From Octopus sinensis (taxonomy: Eukaryota), in NCBI RefSeq assembly GCF_006345805.1, contig NW_021836567.1, forward strand, positions 1-23,586: DNA of 23,586 bases, in the 5' to 3' direction. This document shows, piece after piece, positions 22,690 through 23,586 of the stretch. Below the pieces are notes generated by a model that was not told the origin of the DNA, searched no databases, and worked only from the letters and a program-made list of their open reading frames with translations. Position numbers and translations under genes: made by a program. The stretch's first letter is position 1; the number at the start of each line of letters is the position of its first letter.

Positions 22690-23034
22690 TAAAAAAATAC
22701 CTGTACAACATTAAACTATTCGAGGAGACGGAACATAAGAAGACAGTTCAGCTGTTTAGCAGATAAGCTTAACATTACTTTATACGTTTTCATGTGGTGG
22801 AATTCTACCCGTCGATCTCTTGTACTCTTTCCTTGCATGCTTCTGGCAAAGCGTATACCTCTACCAGTGAGTCTAATATTGGATATAATAATGAACACCA
22901 GAAATTCTCTGTCAGTTTCAACGATTAAGCTGAATATATGACGATTCGACTGGGCGAAGAAAAATTACGAAGGACTCTTCGACACATCTATGGGTATATT
23001 TGACGGAACCGAAATTACTGACTTCGTGGGCCTA
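22690..23034 (+). pseudogene. Penelope-like reverse transcriptase fragment, copy 2 (frameshifted)
   Basis: FIRFHVVEFYPSIS (22779-22820), LDIIMNTRNSL, then WAKKNYEGLFDTSMGIFDGTEITDFVGL (22951-23034). These match FDIVEFYPSIS ... LFDVTMGSxDGAEICELVGL. Confidence 0.8.
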
Positions 23035-23586
23035 AGACTGCGTGGGCCTAAGACTTTGTGAGCCTAAGACTTCGTGGGCCTAAGACTTCGTGGGCCTAAG
23101 ACTTCGTGAGCCTAAGACTTTGTGAGCCTAAGACTTCGTGGGCTTAAGACTTCGTGGGCCTAAGACTTCGTCGGCCTAAGACTTCGTGGGCTTAAGACTT
23201 CGTGGGCTTAAGACTTCGTGGGCTTAAGACTTCGTGGGCTTAAGACTTCGTGAGCCTAAGACTTCGTGGGCTTAAGACTTCGTGAGCCTAAGACTTCGTG
23301 GGCCTAAGACTTCGTGGGCTTAAGACTTCGTGGGCCTAAGACTTCGTGCGCTTAAGATTTCGTGGGCTTAAGACTTCGTGGGACTAAGAATTCGTGGAAT
23401 TAAGACTTCGTGGGTCTAAGACTTCGTGGGCCTAAGATTCGTGGGCTTAAGACTTCGTGGGTCTAAGACTTCGTGGGCCTAAGACTTAGTGGGCCTAAGA
23501 CTTCGTGGACCTAAGACTTCGTGGGCCTAAGACATCGTGAGCCTAAGACTTCGTGGGCCTAAGACTTTATGAGCCTAAGACTTCGT
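23020..23586. repeat. 16-bp satellite (GACTTCGTGGGCCTAA)n, about 35 copies, runs off the window
   Basis: Head-to-tail units without spacers. Variants include GGGCTT, GAGCCT and TTTGTG, and one unit is shortened by 1 bp near 23435. Confidence 0.97.

Noticed and set aside
23020-23586. CRISPR-like appearance of the 16-bp array (and of the 18-bp array at 4620-4727)
   Set aside because: Units are contiguous with no unique spacers, there are no cas genes, and the context is eukaryotic.
19737-23586. Upstream RERG exon ending in DTAGQ
   Set aside because: A visual scan for the reverse-complement codon pattern found none; it is presumably beyond the window.

Overview
This is a repeat-saturated eukaryotic (animal) window, not prokaryotic DNA. 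From my recollection of its SINE, RTE-tail and microsatellite families it is most likely an octopus or other cephalopod genome; that assignment is inferred, not searched. The only convincing host coding sequence is the last coding exon of a RERG-like Ras-family GTPase on the minus strand (19323-19730). Its upstream exons were not found, so 19731-23586 is probably intron. The rest is microsatellites, at least four tRNA-derived SINE families (some with clear target-site duplications, TSDs), mariner/Tc1/pogo-type non-autonomous DNA transposons (two are fold-back palindromes), RTE and CRE-like LINE remnants, and Penelope-like element (PLE) remnants. The most interesting signals are: (i) four plus-strand minimal hammerhead-ribozyme-like motifs with non-canonical cores; (ii) a 16-bp satellite of 35 or more copies whose first unit is the in-frame continuation of a PLE reverse transcriptase (RT) coding sequence; (iii) two SINEs inserted head-to-head at one site inside a mariner built from two 5' ends. 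Nearly all ORFs in the supplied track are microsatellite artefacts.
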